64,000 nt of DNA, taken from positions 24,586-88,585 of the forward strand of contig JBKHKA010000004.1 of assembly GCA_046537845.1 (NCBI GenBank). The letters run 5' to 3'. This DNA comes from Candidatus Aenigmatarchaeota archaeon. GTDB lineage: Archaea; Thermoplasmatota; Thermoplasmata; Halarchaeoplasmatales; Halarchaeoplasmataceae. Under the pieces are notes generated by a model. That model was not told the origin of the DNA and made no database searches. It saw nothing but the letters and a program-made list of their open reading frames with translations. How positions within the stretch are numbered: position 1 is the stretch's first letter; the number at the start of each line of letters is the position of its first letter. This document shows positions 51,752 to 60,083 of this stretch, one piece after another. A program made the translations under genes and the position numbers.

Positions 51752-52915
51752 TCATATGACCCCACGATCCTCCAATCTTTCTATTTCCTCCTCGGTGTAA
51801 CCCGCATCATTCAGTATCTCTCGCGTATGTTCACCTTTTTGAGGAGGCGGTGTTCTGAATTCATCAATATCCTTCTTTGATCTAGCGGGAAATCCTATCT
51901 GATCGATCTCCATCCCAGAGAAGTCCAATGAACCGATCAGATCTCTCTCTTCGACATGTTGACTTTCGAAGACTTCTTTCAAATTATTTACAGGAGATAT
52001 CATCACTTCGTTTTCTTTTGATATCTTCTTCCATTCCTCGAAAGTTTTCTTCTTGAATTCTTCCTCGATTATCTTTCTGATCCTTTCCTTCTTCTCGGAA
52101 AACTGCTGGTCTTTAAATTCTTCTCTCCCTATCAATTCACAAAAATTCTTCCAATATTTTTCTTCATAGGCAGCTAGGGCGAAGTATCGCCCGTCCTTTG
52201 TCTCATAGATATCATAAAAGGGATATCTTCCCGTCAATTCTGTCTCTCTCGCTCGCGGGACTTCCTCCTCCAAGAGAGGCTGCCAGGCGATGCCCGTGGA
52301 GAACGAAATCAGACAATCCAAGATGGAGATGTCTATATACTCTCCCCTGGAGTCATTGAGTTCTCTATCAAGGAGTGCGTTGATTATGGAAAAGGCGGAA
52401 AAGAGTCCCGCGGTCATCACCGATATGGGAAAGCCAGGGATCGCAGGTTTACCATCCTTCGACCTGGTGATATCGATAAGGCCTCCTTCGGAAGCATAAT
52501 TTAGATCGTGGCCGCCTTTATCCTTTAGTGGACCGGTCTGGCCATAACTGGATAAAGAGCAGTAGATTATATCCGAGTTGACCTCTCTCACCGAGTCGTA
52601 ATCCACCTTCAGTTTTTCGACGACGCCGGGACGGAACTGTTCAAAGACCACGTCGGCGTCTTCGGCGAGGTTCATGAATATCTCTTTACCTTCTTCTTTT
52701 TTAAGATCGATCTCAATTGCCTTTTTATTCCTGTTCAGCATCAAGAATGGGGCTCCTTCTCCCCCGATGGAAGGTTCCATGTCTCTAGCATAGTCTCCTG
52801 TTTCTGGGTCCTCTATCTTTATAACTTCCGCTCCCAGGTCGGCCAAAAGCATTGTAGCGTAGGGACCAGGGATCAATCTAGTCATGTCCAAGATCTTGAT
52901 TCCCTCTAATCTCAT
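51752..52915 (-). CDS. Family III CoA-transferase (CaiB/BaiF/Frc family)
   Basis: The N-terminus MRLEGIKILDMTRLIPGPYATMLLADLGAEVIKIE is diagnostic of CoA-transferase family III. Confidence 0.85.
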   Translation of the reverse strand: MRLEGIKILDMTRLIPGPYATMLLADLGAEVIKIEDPETGDYARDMEPSIGGEGAPFLMLNRNKKAIEIDLKKEEGKEIFMNLAEDADVVFEQFRPGVVEKLKVDYDSVREVNSDIIYCSLSSYGQTGPLKDKGGHDLNYASEGGLIDITRSKDGKPAIPGFPISVMTAGLFSAFSIINALLDRELNDSRGEYIDISILDCLISFSTGIAWQPLLEEEVPRARETELTGRYPFYDIYETKDGRYFALAAYEEKYWKNFCELIGREEFKDQQFSEKKERIRKIIEEEFKKKTFEEWKKISKENEVMISPVNNLKEVFESQHVEERDLIGSLDFSGMEIDQIGFPARSKKDIDEFRTPPPQKGEHTREILNDAGYTEEEIERLEDRGVI

Positions 52916-52956
52916 GTTCTCGATCGTTTATAGGATGAGAGCCTTTTATAGATTAC

Positions 52957-52967
52957 TACCACCTATG
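52957..52967 (+). promoter_or_regulatory. Second copy of the TACCACCTATG box, in the divergent spacer between the CoA-transferase (-) and the phasin-like genes (+)
   Basis: It is an exact 11-nt match to 39633..39643. Confidence 0.3.
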
Positions 52968-53114
52968 TATAAGACTGTCCATCGATGGCTATAAAACTAC
53001 GGCTCAATCATAGTCTTTGTATCATAACGCAAGCGGATATATAAAAAAGTTTATAAAGCTTATGGGACATATTATACTTTGAGTACCTTTAGAAGAGGGA
53101 AGAGGAGAGATAAT

Positions 53115-54326
53115 ATGAAGCAAGAAAAAGACCCTATAGAGAAGTACGTATCTGCGTACGAAGAAGCTAACGACGACGAAGAGTGCAAGAAAAAAGTGGC
53201 CAACAGACTGCTAAAAGACGAGTTGATCGAAGTAGCCGGAGAGAACGGATTAGATGTCAGTAAAAATCAGACCAAAGATGAGATAGCAGAGAAGCTGATA
53301 AAACCGGAAGTCTACAATCAGATAGTCAGCGAAAGAGAAATTTCCCAGGAGGTAGGGGAAAAGAAAGAAGGAATTGAAGGCGAACTTACTCCCCCAGAGC
53401 CGCCTGAGGTCAAAACAGAGGTCCTCGAACCCTTATCGGACCTAATATCCGATTCAACCTTGAAAGGATCCGAAAAGGTTAACGAGTTATGGATAGACGG
53501 GATGAAAGGGATCGAAGAGAACTTGGAAGGAGTAACGGAACAGAACCTCGAATACTGGGAGGAACTTGAAGATGAATGGATGGAAAAGGCAACTGAATTC
53601 CAGGAACAGATCGACGAACTAAGAGAGAGATCCGTCCTGCCAGAGGACAAGACGAAAGAACTATCGGTGATATGGAGGAACTTCTTCAATAAGATGATGG
53701 CCAGAGTGAAAAAGGCAAATCAGCGTACAAGGGAAAGGCATGAATCTTTAACTCAGCTCGTAGAAAAACATACGGAAAAAGCAAGAGAGACCTTCGATGA
53801 AGAGAGCGAGAGTATAGATACGGGGAAACTACTTGGTCTTTGGTCGGATTTTTCAAAAGATTTGGGAAGCGAGTTAGAGAAGACATTGGATAACTATAGG
53901 AGAGATTACGAGGCAGTAGAAGAGACATGGAAAAATTTTGCCGATAAGACAGAGGATCTCATCGACGATCTCCAAGAAAGTCAAGAGGAACAGGTAGAAG
54001 AACTCTATGAAATGTGGAATTCAAATTTTGAGTTCGTACAAGATAACGTGGAAAAAGGGTTTGAAGATTATATGGATGCCTATGAAATCACGAGAGAGGA
54101 ATTCGAAAGACATAGCCGGAAGGTGACAGAATCTCTTTTTGAATTGGCGGAGAACGTAGAAGAAAATTATTCCAGGTTGATGGAGAGCTACCAGAAAACC
54201 TTAGACGAAGGGTACAGCGGTATGTTTTCCATGGCAAACCCATTAGTTCCAAAAAAGGATGAAAAAGAGTTGGAACGACTCAAAGAAAGAGTGGAAAAAT
54301 TAGAAAAGAAAATAGAGGAGGATTGA
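53115..54326 (+). CDS. Phasin-like acidic coiled-coil protein A, with an N-terminal SAP/Rho_N-like helix-hairpin motif
   Basis: The ATG at 53115 follows GGGAAGAGGAGAG. The ORF-track frame starts at 53079. The motif LLKDELIEVAGENGLDVSKNQTKDEIAEKLI is present. It has repeated E[ED]LYxxW blocks (VEELYEMWNSNF). Confidence 0.6.
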   Translation: MKQEKDPIEKYVSAYEEANDDEECKKKVANRLLKDELIEVAGENGLDVSKNQTKDEIAEKLIKPEVYNQIVSEREISQEVGEKKEGIEGELTPPEPPEVKTEVLEPLSDLISDSTLKGSEKVNELWIDGMKGIEENLEGVTEQNLEYWEELEDEWMEKATEFQEQIDELRERSVLPEDKTKELSVIWRNFFNKMMARVKKANQRTRERHESLTQLVEKHTEKARETFDEESESIDTGKLLGLWSDFSKDLGSELEKTLDNYRRDYEAVEETWKNFADKTEDLIDDLQESQEEQVEELYEMWNSNFEFVQDNVEKGFEDYMDAYEITREEFERHSRKVTESLFELAENVEENYSRLMESYQKTLDEGYSGMFSMANPLVPKKDEKELERLKERVEKLEKKIEED

Positions 54327-54331
54327 GAATA

Positions 54332-55171
54332 ATGGACGAAAAAAACCGAGGAGATAGAAATCTGTTCAGATCCATGGATTATCTTTCCAGCATGGATTTC
54401 AGTGGATTCACAAGAGAATTCGTAGATCAACAGGAAAGGTACATGACCGACGTAGACCAACTGTTAAACCAGTCTTCAGAATTTGGTAAGGACGTGAGGA
54501 AAGTGGTCGAAGAGACCAATGATCAGTATGAAGAACTGATGGACCTGTGGTCCGATCTTTCCGACATGTCCGAAGAATTGGTCGAGAAGAACGTTAAGGA
54601 AGGATTTCAAGAGGATATCCAAGAGTATAACAGGGAGGTTGGTGAGAAGCTGAAAGAACTGGTCAAATCCAGTTATCAAGATGCTGAAGAACTCTATTCG
54701 GCGTGGACAAAGATGTCCGATAGCATTTTCAAGGGCATCAAAGCTGGAACGGGTCCGGATCCTGAGGAGATAACCGAGGCGACGGCAGATTTCCAGGAAG
54801 CTGCTCTTCATATAGCAAAAAGAAACATAGAGGAAAACAACGAATCATTGAGAGAGCTGAGAGAGACACTCGAAGAGATCGCAGAAGAGAGTTCGAACCG
54901 GTTGAAAGAGAACGCTGAATCTAGCGGAGAAGGGTACGAAAAGATGGTGAAGGGCTGGCTTAATACCATCGACGAGATGGAAAGCAAGACTGATAGTTAT
55001 TTAGAGGACCTGAGGGAGAGCTACCTTTCAGCATTCAAACCGTATTTTGGAAGGGGATGGATCTTTCCCTTGTTCCCTTGGCAGCCATCTAGGAAGATGA
55101 GTGAATACGAAAGCGATATAGAGGACCTGAAGAAAAAGATCGAAGAGCTAAAAACTAAGGTGGAGGAATAA
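54332..55171 (+). CDS. Phasin-like acidic coiled-coil protein B (paralog of A)
   Basis: YEELMDLWSDL and AEELYSAWTKM are repeat blocks. The ATG at 54332 follows GAGGAGG. The C-terminus is coiled-coil (EDLKKKIEELKTKVEE). Confidence 0.6.
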   Translation: MDEKNRGDRNLFRSMDYLSSMDFSGFTREFVDQQERYMTDVDQLLNQSSEFGKDVRKVVEETNDQYEELMDLWSDLSDMSEELVEKNVKEGFQEDIQEYNREVGEKLKELVKSSYQDAEELYSAWTKMSDSIFKGIKAGTGPDPEEITEATADFQEAALHIAKRNIEENNESLRELRETLEEIAEESSNRLKENAESSGEGYEKMVKGWLNTIDEMESKTDSYLEDLRESYLSAFKPYFGRGWIFPLFPWQPSRKMSEYESDIEDLKKKIEELKTKVEE

Positions 55172-55204
55172 AACCTCCATCTTTATTTTTTGAGGTAGAT
55201 AACC

Positions 55205-56050
55205 ATGGATAGAGATATTGATATGGAAGATTATTATAAAGAGTTGAGAGAAGATATGCTGACGGTCTGGGAAGATTTTTCTTCTGAGATGGAAGATTTT
55301 CTGGGAGAATTACAGGAGGAAAACGTTGAAGCTTACGAGGAGATGTACGAGGAATGGAAGGACTTCAGCGAACAGATGATGAATCAGAAGAAAAATTTTG
55401 GAGACATCGAGAACTACGTTTCTCTCGCAGATCTTTTTCAACGGTGGGTAAGAGCTTCAAAGGACTTCAGAAATGTAGTCCAGGAAAAGAGCGGAGAAGA
55501 TATCCCCGTCGCTGATTTCGATAATATCTTCTCGGAGTATATGGAAAACCTGAGACTTCTGTTAGGTGAGACCATCGAACTCGGGATGGAACGACAGAGA
55601 AAGGAACAGGAAGATCTTTATGACCTGTGGATGGACGCTTGGTCTAGTCTGGGTGAAGAAGAAGGAGAAAGCATCCCGGACGTGGTCAAGGACGTTCAAA
55701 GTGAATGGATAAAGTCCTCAACCGACCTTTTAAAGATGTGGTCGGAAAGTTTAGAGGAAGGTCAAGCCGAGGACCTTTTCCAGAAAACACAGAAAGAGAT
55801 GCTCAAAAACGCCTCGAACAGCATGGAAGAACTCTTGAGCTCCGAGCCTTATGCTATGTTCCAGGGCAGCTATCTAGATAACTTGCTTGATACGAAGATC
55901 ACGCAGAAGGAACTGCTGAACACCTATCTCGAATCCTTTGGGGTCCCCACTCGGGACGATATACTGAAAGTATACGAATCTATCCACGAGCTGACCTCTA
56001 GAATCAGAGATCTGGAGAGAAGAGTAGACGAGCTCTCAGTAGAGAAGTGA
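55205..56050 (+). CDS. phaE: PhaE-like subunit of class III PHA synthase (paralogous to the phasin-like proteins)
   Basis: It lies directly upstream of phaC. It has EEMYEEWKDF and EDLYDLWMDAW blocks. The C-terminal FGVPTRDDILKVYESIHELTSRIRDLERRVDEL resembles the conserved PhaE C-terminal box. Confidence 0.5.
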   Translation: MDRDIDMEDYYKELREDMLTVWEDFSSEMEDFLGELQEENVEAYEEMYEEWKDFSEQMMNQKKNFGDIENYVSLADLFQRWVRASKDFRNVVQEKSGEDIPVADFDNIFSEYMENLRLLLGETIELGMERQRKEQEDLYDLWMDAWSSLGEEEGESIPDVVKDVQSEWIKSSTDLLKMWSESLEEGQAEDLFQKTQKEMLKNASNSMEELLSSEPYAMFQGSYLDNLLDTKITQKELLNTYLESFGVPTRDDILKVYESIHELTSRIRDLERRVDELSVEK

Positions 56051-56068
56051 ACAGGTGGGGGATATTAT

Positions 56069-57337
56069 ATGAACGAAAATCCTGATCTCACTGATCTACC
56101 GTCCCAAAAATGGATGGAAGGACAGATACAATACATGAAAGACCTTACAAAGAACGTAAAGAAGTTGAATGATGCTCTTGAACTCCTAGCTTCTCAACCC
56201 GAGGTGGAAGTCGGTCAAACTCCAGCTGAAGTGATCTGGGAAGGTGATCTCGCAGAACTTTTACATTTTAAGCAGGAGAACGTGGAGCAAAAACCGCCGG
56301 TACTTTTGGTCTACGCTTTGATTAACGAGGAGTACATATTGGACCTTCAACCGGGCAGGTCGGTCGTAGAATCGTTGTTGAACGAAGGATTAGACGTGTA
56401 CATGATCAATTGGTACAAGCCGGATAAACGTCATCGGTTTGAAACTTTGAACGATTACGTGAATTATTTTATGGACGTCTGCGTGGACAAAGTCAGGAAG
56501 AAAAGGAACAGGGATTCGATCAATATCCTGGGATACTGTATGGGAGGCACGATGTCTTCGATGTATGCCGCTTTATACCCGGAGAAAGTCAAGAGCTTGA
56601 CTTTGATGGCCGCTGGATTGGATTTCGAGGAGGATGAAGGATTATTGAGTCATTGGGCGAACTCCGATTATTTCGACCCAGAAAAAGTGGTCGAGGCCTT
56701 TGGTACCTGTCCTGGAGATTTCCTGGACGGGGCATACCTTGCTTTAGCACCGGTCAATAACACCGTGGGAAAACTTTTGAATCTGGCAGATAACGCTGAA
56801 GACGAGGAATTCGTCAAGATGTTCTTCAGGATGGAAAAATGGATACACGACAGTAAGGATATACCGGGACCAGCTTTCTCAAAATTCGTAGGAGATCTCT
56901 ACCAAAAAAACAAGCTCATAAAAAATGAATTCCATATCGGAGGTGAACATGTAGATATTAACAATATCACCATGCCCCTGCTAACTATTATCGGAGAGTA
57001 CGATACCTTGGTACCTCCAGAAAGCAGTCTTCCCTTCAAAGATAAGGTTCCGAGTGAGAAGACCGAGGTGATGAAAGCGCCGGTAGGTCACATAGGACTC
57101 TCTGTGAGTTCCAAGGTTCATCCGGATTTATGGGGGAAAGCCGCCGAGTGGATAAAAGAGCACGATAGAATCCCATTGAAGAGCATCAAAGGCATCGGCG
57201 AAAAAACGGCGGAAAAATTGAAAGAAGCTTCGGTTAAAGATGGAACAGACCTGAAGCGAGCGGATACAGAAGAATTGTCTGAAAAGACAGGCATCTCTGA
57301 AAATAGGATCGAAAAATGGAAAAAGAGGGCAGAGTGA
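56069..57337 (+). CDS. phaC: Class III poly(3-hydroxyalkanoate) synthase catalytic subunit PhaC with a C-terminal (HhH)2-like extension
   Basis: The alpha/beta hydrolase has the lipase-box GYCMGG (catalytic Cys). Downstream are Asp (GEYDTLV) and His (VGHIGL). The C-terminus is SIKGIGEKTAEKLKEASVKDGTDLKRADTEELSEKTGISENRIEKW. Confidence 0.85.
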   Translation: MNENPDLTDLPSQKWMEGQIQYMKDLTKNVKKLNDALELLASQPEVEVGQTPAEVIWEGDLAELLHFKQENVEQKPPVLLVYALINEEYILDLQPGRSVVESLLNEGLDVYMINWYKPDKRHRFETLNDYVNYFMDVCVDKVRKKRNRDSINILGYCMGGTMSSMYAALYPEKVKSLTLMAAGLDFEEDEGLLSHWANSDYFDPEKVVEAFGTCPGDFLDGAYLALAPVNNTVGKLLNLADNAEDEEFVKMFFRMEKWIHDSKDIPGPAFSKFVGDLYQKNKLIKNEFHIGGEHVDINNITMPLLTIIGEYDTLVPPESSLPFKDKVPSEKTEVMKAPVGHIGLSVSSKVHPDLWGKAAEWIKEHDRIPLKSIKGIGEKTAEKLKEASVKDGTDLKRADTEELSEKTGISENRIEKWKKRAE

Positions 57338-57341
57338 TAAG

Positions 57342-58112
57342 ATGGTTGGTGACAGCGAACCCTACAGGGACCGATTCAAAGACAGGAATGCCCTAGTGAC
57401 CGGAGCATCAAGAGGAATCGGAAAAAAAATTACGAACACACTAGCAGAGTACGGCGCGGATGTGGTCGTCAATTACAACACGAGCCACGAAGAAGCGAGC
57501 GAAACAGCCACGACCGTAGAGTTGGCTGGCGAAGATAGTTGGGTCTATCCGGCAGATATCAGCTCTTTTAAAGAAGTCGAAGAGATGAAAGAAAACATTG
57601 AAGAGAATTTTGGAAAGATAGATATACTGGTGAATAACGCTGGTATAAACAAAGATAAGTTCTTTGCTAAGATGGAAAAAGACGATTGGGAAAAAGTTTT
57701 GTCTGTGAACCTTGACGGAGTTTTCAACTGCTCCAAGATATTTTTAGATGATCTAAGGAGATCCGAATCGGGAAGGATAGTGAACATTTCTTCGGTTGTA
57801 GGCCAAAGGGGTAACCAAGGACAGGTCAATTACGCCTCATCCAAGGCAGGCATTATAGGATTCACCAAGGCGTTAGCGAGAGAGTTGGTGAGAGATGACG
57901 TAACTGTTAACGCTGTTGCCCCGGGATTCATCGCTACGGAGATGGTATTGAACATGCCAGAAAAAATCCAGGAGAAGATAAAAAGTGATATACCCATGGG
58001 ACGCTTTGGAGACCCGAAAGAGGTGGCCGAGACGGTAGCGTTCCTTGCCTCTTCGGATGCATCTTACATCACAGGGGAAGTTTTAAAAGTCAACGGTGGT
58101 TTCTACATCTGA
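57342..58112 (+). CDS. phaB1: SDR family acetoacetyl-CoA reductase / 3-oxoacyl reductase (PhaB/FabG-like) 1
   Basis: ALVTGASRGIGKKI matches TGxxxGIG. NNAG and the YASSKAG YxxxK catalytic motif are present. Confidence 0.8.
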   Translation: MVGDSEPYRDRFKDRNALVTGASRGIGKKITNTLAEYGADVVVNYNTSHEEASETATTVELAGEDSWVYPADISSFKEVEEMKENIEENFGKIDILVNNAGINKDKFFAKMEKDDWEKVLSVNLDGVFNCSKIFLDDLRRSESGRIVNISSVVGQRGNQGQVNYASSKAGIIGFTKALARELVRDDVTVNAVAPGFIATEMVLNMPEKIQEKIKSDIPMGRFGDPKEVAETVAFLASSDASYITGEVLKVNGGFYI

Positions 58113-58134
58113 ATCTATCGAAAGAGGGATACAT

Positions 58135-58965
58135 ATGAAAAGCGATGAAGACCAACAGTTAAAGCTAAAATCATATTTTGAAAACGACGACATAGAAAAC
58201 CTAGATCCCAGCAGTAACCGTTTGGAGGGATTGAATGCACTCGTAACAGGCGGAGGACAGGGCATCGGCAGAAGGATATCACTAGAGTTCGCAAACGAGG
58301 GGGCTAACGTGGCTATAAACGACTTGAGCTCGCAGAAAGATAAGGCGGATAGGGTAGCCCAATATATAGAAGGAGAATTGAACAAAAATACATGGATAGC
58401 CGAAGGAGACGTTTCGGACTTGGACGATATGAAAAAGGTCAAGGAGCAGGTAGAGGAAAATCTAGGTAAGATTGACATATTGGTGAATAATGCTGGGATC
58501 AATAGAGATTCTTTATTCATAAAGATGGACAAAGAAGAGTGGGATCAGGTCTTATCGGTGAATCTTGATGGGGCTTTCAACACCACTCATGTGTTTCTAG
58601 ATCATCTCCGAGAGTCCGATCAGGGCAGGATAATCAATATGTCCTCTGTTGTAGGAGAAACTGGAAATATCGGTCAGGTGAATTACGCCTCCTCAAAAGC
58701 CGGATTGATAGGGTTCACTAAAGCTCTAGCTAGAGAGTTGGTGAGGGATGAAGTCACCGTCAATGCTGTAGCTCCGGGTTTCGTGGATACCCTGATGGTA
58801 AAAAATATGCCTGAGAAAGTCAAGAAGAAAATCCTCGATCAAATACCGATGGGGCGTTTTGCGGAGCCCAAAGAAGTGGCGAAGGTCTTCTGCTTTTTAG
58901 CATCAGAAAAAAGCTCGTACATCACCGGAGAGGTGATAAGGATGAACGGAGGTTTTTACCTATAA
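58135..58965 (+). CDS. phaB2: SDR family acetoacetyl-CoA reductase (PhaB/FabG-like) 2, a paralog of the preceding gene
   Basis: ALVTGGGQGIGRRI, NNAG and YASSKAG are present. The ATG at 58135 follows AGAGGGA. The ORF-track frame begins at 58096, overlapping the phaB1 stop. Confidence 0.8.
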   Translation: MKSDEDQQLKLKSYFENDDIENLDPSSNRLEGLNALVTGGGQGIGRRISLEFANEGANVAINDLSSQKDKADRVAQYIEGELNKNTWIAEGDVSDLDDMKKVKEQVEENLGKIDILVNNAGINRDSLFIKMDKEEWDQVLSVNLDGAFNTTHVFLDHLRESDQGRIINMSSVVGETGNIGQVNYASSKAGLIGFTKALARELVRDEVTVNAVAPGFVDTLMVKNMPEKVKKKILDQIPMGRFAEPKEVAKVFCFLASEKSSYITGEVIRMNGGFYL

Positions 58966-59295
58966 CCACTTAGAGGATCAAAAAACAAGAGGGATGACCG
59001 ACCGAAGGGGGGTCAAATACCCACAGCTTTCGAGGAATTTTTGAAAATTCCTTTGTATCACGAAGAGTTATTCTGAGTGAGAAGAGGAATTCATTTCCTC
59101 TGTATTGCTGGAATCATATTCCACCTATCTCTAGAAATCCTAGGGATTTCAAGAAATTTGCTGGAAAATCTTATTTCCCATCAATTGATGGAATCTCTGA
59201 TTCTAGACAATATCACAGGAAAGCTAACTTTCCTGTTAGTTTCGGCTGTGGGAAAGGATCATCAAACGTAGAAACCCAAAATTTTTGCACACTTC

Positions 59296-59903
59296 CAAAA
59301 AACTCTATAGAAAGATCTCTGTCCAAAGCGGTGGAAAAAGACAAGCTGTCCGCTGAAAAGTAAGAAAAAATCCTCTCCAAGATCGAAACGACCCTTGATA
59401 TAGAGGACCTCCAGGATTGTGACGGTGTGATCGGAGCGGTCAACGGCTACGCCCTCGGAGGCGGTCTTGAATTGGCCTTGAGTACTGACTTTTTGATAGC
59501 CTCTGAAGCGGCTAAATTCGGTCAACCAGAGGTCGGTTTAGGAGTGATACCCGGTTTCGGCGGCACCTTTTTACTAGCCCGGCAGATCGGACCTGCACGA
59601 GCTAAGGAATTGATTTTTACAGGTAAAAGGATAGATGCCGAAGAGGCAAAGGATATAGGGATAGTCAATCATACCGTTGAAAAGGAAGAACTGATGAACG
59701 AAGCCCAGGAGATCGCCCAAAATATAGCCGATAATTCCCCTGTTGCTTTGGACCATGCTAAAAGAGCCATAGAGCATGGAACGGATCATTCGAAGAAAGA
59801 GGCACTCCTGCAGGAAAGCGCTAACTTCAAGGAGTGTTTTGAGAGCGAAGACCAAAAAGAAGGTATGGAAGCTTTCCTAGAAAAGAGAGAACCCGACTTT
59901 TGA
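59296..59903 (+). pseudogene. Fused remnant of a second hbd-crt pair: HADH residues about 47-85 with an in-frame TAA, joined directly to the C-terminal two-thirds of an enoyl-CoA hydratase
   Basis: I translated it by hand: RSLSKAVEKDKLSAEK*EKILSKIETTLDIEDLQDCD|GVIGAVNGYALGGGLELALSTDFLIASEAAKFGQPEVGLGVIPGFGGT...EAFLEKREPDF. Compare hbd (40898) [38 protein letters not shown], and crt (41751) [33 protein letters not shown]...EAFIEKREAKF. Confidence 0.75.
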
Positions 59904-60083
59904 ATAAGTACCGTTAACCGTCGACTGGACCTACTGAATTTCTGTCTCGTGGTAGAACTGCCTGTTTTAGCCTAGATAAATATATCTTTTTTCGAGACTT
60001 GTATACCGACGAAAATTTTAATCCGAAGATATAAATATTCGAACTCCGATGAGCTCGCCGAAAAATCTTATGGAGGTAAGAAA

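Noticed and set aside
59077-59271. 64-aa ORF in the spacer before the hbd'-crt' remnant
   Set aside because: It has no RBS or promoter context and a hydrophobic low-complexity translation. It overlaps palindromic non-coding sequence. It is most likely non-coding.
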